Source of the DNA: Zygnema circumcarinatum SAG 698-1b
Lineage: Eukaryota > Plantae > Zygnematophyceae
DNA: 64,000 nt
NCBI GenBank assembly: GCA_037447605.1
Contig: CM074806.1
Location: forward strand, 1,302,001-1,366,000
Direction: 5' to 3'
Positions 61,300 to 64,000 of the stretch are shown here, one piece after another. A program made the translations under genes and the position numbers. The notes under the pieces are model-generated. The model made no database searches. It was not told the DNA's origin and saw nothing but the letters and a program-made list of their open reading frames with translations. Position 1 is the stretch's first letter, and the number at the start of each line of letters is the position of its first letter.

Positions 61300-61700
61300 A
61301 AGGCGCGATGCAGACTGTGCGCAATGCACTTTGCGTTCTGTGTTTCTTCCATGCAAAACGCAAACGTGAGTGTGGAGAATGCACTCTGCACCATATTTTG
61401 CTTAATACATTTAATTTTGCATTTTGCCTCTGAATGCAAAATGTAAAACGCAAAATGTAAAACGCAAAAGGTAGAGAATGTACTTTGCATCCTGCGTTTT
61501 GCACTTCGCATGCAGAAGGCAAACTCAAGTGTGGAGAATGCGCTCTGCACCTTGTATTATGCATAATGCATTTACTCCTGCATCTTGCTTCTAGTTGCAA
61601 AGTGTGAGATGCACAATGCACCATAAGAAAGTTAAAGAATGCGCTCTGCATTCTGATTTTTCCAGTTTGCATATGGAATGCGAAATTCAAAAGCCAGCCA
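61300..61700. repeat. Degenerate ~155-160-bp tandem repeat (about 2.5 units) built from a GAGAATGCRCTYTGCA motif
   Basis: A 24-mer AGTGTGGAGAATGC(A/G)CTCTGCACC at 61369 and 61528; a second related motif at 61323, 61477 and 61638. Confidence 0.65.
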
Positions 61701-62181
61701 GCCAGGAGCGAGCGTAGAAGCACAGTGCCCAATAATCGGCCCACTGCCGCCTGCCCTCATGCAGCCCTAAAGCACGAGCAGTAAGTTCCGGGATACCCTT
61801 CCATGTGACTGTTCCGTTTAGCGTGATCCAACGGTTCGTTTCCCGCTGTTCTACGAGTCGTGTAACAGCGACACGTAGCGGCGTACAAACGACCCTCCCT
61901 GCTTGAAGGTGACGCTAACGCCTGCCTATCTCCTCCCCGCGCTCCCTCTCTCCCTTCCTCCCCGAGGAAACAGCGTGGTGCAGCGTTGCTCGCGGGGGGA
62001 AGGAGAAGCGGGGTCACTTTTAGGGTTGCGGATGAGGCTGCTGGAGCCCTGGCTCCGCTGCGGGCTACCTGCTAAGCAGCTCGTTTGGGTTTCCGTTGCA
62101 GAAGTCGTAGCAGGAATTAGAGGATAGGAACAGCTGTTACAAGTAAAGCCTGTGGGCAGGACTTCGATTGGGTCGAAGAAA

Positions 62182-63954
62182 ATGGCATTTGTTTCCCGCA
62201 CCTTCTACCGCGCAGCAACTGCTCTTTTGCCCCTCGTGAAGCCGGGAAGCAGATGCTGCAAACTGCAGTCAGCCGCATTTTGCCCCGGCAATGTGCCCCT
62301 TCTTTCGTCCGACCGCTTTTTCCGTCTCTCTTTTTCTCGTGGGCGGGTAACTTACCGAAACACTGTGGAAGCCAAGGCTCTGGCTAAGGCTGCCAAGAAG
62401 CCACCGGGCAATGCAGTCCTTCCTTCCGGTGCGGATGACGTACGCGCCAGAAAGGTGGGAGATTGTATGGAGTGTGAATCTGAAAAGCATTTTGGTTGGG
62501 TTTGGGTTTAGAAGCTTGACAAAACACTTGTAGGTCGGGAGGATTCAGACTATGCTTACCCAAGCATCTCAAGCCTTGTAGGTTCGGCTGAGCCATTTTT
62601 CTATTTGATTTTTGTAGGAAAGTAGCACAGAGCTTGCTTGCATTCTGCAATAAAATTTCCTTATGATCCTTTAATTTGAAATTACGAGAGTATCAACGAA
62701 TTGAAGTGTTTGCGTGCTAGAAAGAAGGTTCATATTATTTAAAAAGACCCGAATTCTAGAATTTAAAATTCTCTTTAGACGCTTGAATTTGGCTAGATAT
62801 TCAAATCACCATACGATGTTGGCATGATCCTTGTGAAAATACATGCTTTCCAGTAAATATTCATGACAAACCGCAATGTCTATCTTGGAAGGACGGGGAG
62901 ACGAAATGGAAAGTCCTGCCTGGAATTTTTAGGCAGTGCTAACAAGAAATTTGGATTTAACTAGGGCAGCTCATAGTCCTGGGCGAGGATATGAAGGTGG
63001 TGCTTGCCTGGGCATCAAGCAATTTGAAAATTAATTGACTTTTTTTGGCTTACCAATAATGTTCAATTTTGGCCGCTGTTTATGTGACATAGGTTGGTCA
63101 TGTAGCATTAAAACGGAGCTGGGAACTTCTTTGGTACAAACAAAGTTTGGGAGCAGCTTTATGAGTGGCAGTTCAGAGGGAAATGGTGATTTGAAAATTC
63201 TTTCTGTCATGTAAGCGGAATCAAGTTAACGTTTATTTTCATGACGAAAGTTGAAGATGTCTTGGCGTGCATGCAGAGGAAAGCTCTGGATGACGTTTTG
63301 GCTGAGGTCAAGAGTCAGCATGGAAATGGAATTATAATGGTGCTTGGTGAATCAGGAACTTCTGAAGTGTACGTTTCATAATTCCCTTACGTGAATTGTA
63401 AATTGTAGCTCACTCGCTCTTTGTTTGTGACTAACTATAGCTGGTCAATCATGATGCCCATATAAGCTGGGCTCCATCTGCAGTTGCTACTACAATCAGA
63501 GTGATCATGCTTGGTTTGAACTGCTGCAGCAATGTTGCTTTCACATCAACTTCTCTCGTTGGAAATGGTCATCTTCTTATTTGGAGCATTGGAAATCACC
63601 AGAAATTGCCTGTCTTGGTTAAGCATCGACTTGTAGAGTTATGCTGAGTATTATCATGACATTGGTGGTATGTTTGTGCATTGTTATCATCGTTGGCCAT
63701 GCATATACTGTTGTAGCTTGCAGCCCCCATTGAGCTTGCCTTGAGCCATTCCAGTTATTGTGCTTCTAACATTGTGGTTTGAGTTGTTCTAGCCTGTTAT
63801 ACCTACAGTGAGACTTGCTTGTCGATGCTGTTGCCTGTGTTCTTGAGCCGTGAGAATTTTGTTGTGCTGATTGCGCAGAGAAATGGTCCCCTCCGGTATC
63901 CTGCCACTTGATGATGTACTTGGAGGAGGGCTTCCAAAGGGCCGCATCCTGGAG
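62182..63954 (+). CDS. recA: Nuclear-encoded organellar RecA, 5' part (continues beyond the window)
   Basis: Exon 62182-62454 looks like a transit peptide. Exon 63277-63368 RKALDDVLAEVKSQHGNGIIMVLG; exon 63879-63954 EMVPSGILPLDDVLGGGLPKGRILE, the RecA N-terminal signature. Phases are compatible. Confidence 0.88.
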
Positions 63955-64000
63955 GTTAGCTACAATGGTCTGTCCTCTCCGGTCCAAAGTAGACTATCGT

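Noticed and set aside
60400-61750. Possible minus-strand gene divergent from RecA (e.g. MANSNFRDYAYASG... at about 60970, MHVEEHPP... at about 61256) and the 198-aa ORF 61148-61744
   Set aside because: I could not build an in-frame spliced model, and the long ORF is a by-product of the TGCA-rich repeat.

Overview
Gene-dense, intron-rich eukaryotic nuclear DNA. Gene content (OBAP, CBS-CBS-PB1, plant-type YLP-motif protein, CYBDOM, organellar RecA) points to a streptophyte, probably a charophyte-grade alga; this assignment is inference. I can reconstruct about 14 protein-coding genes by eye from GT/GC-AG splice sites and frame continuity: a partial DUF2985/PLAC8-family gene, three double-DOMON cytochrome b561 (CYBDOM) paralogs (a tandem pair at 2.8-9.2 kb and a diverged copy at 57.5-59.9 kb), maspardin-like, ICL/PEP-mutase-like, an unknown gene, a bacterial-type RNase H-like/DUF429-like gene, YLPM1-like, a RanBP2-type zinc-finger gene, OBAP, WBP2-like, a putative glycosyltransferase-like gene, CBS-PB1 and a partial RecA. 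Most long ORFs in the supplied track are antisense or GC-rich artefacts. Main observations: (1) an intron-containing gene that resembles proteobacterial proteins and keeps its acidic motifs (horizontal-transfer candidate); (2) patchwork gene conversion among the CYBDOM paralogs, including a 96-bp identical tract shared across about 50 kb; (3) dense CCGTAC/GTACGG clusters (SBP/CuRE-type core) in GC-rich promoters, including all three CYBDOM promoters; (4) twin perfect ABRE/G-box palindromes upstream of OBAP; (5) a degenerate ~160-bp repeat upstream of RecA. No rRNA, tRNA, CRISPR array or autonomous transposon was recognised. All family assignments come from remembered motifs, not database searches.
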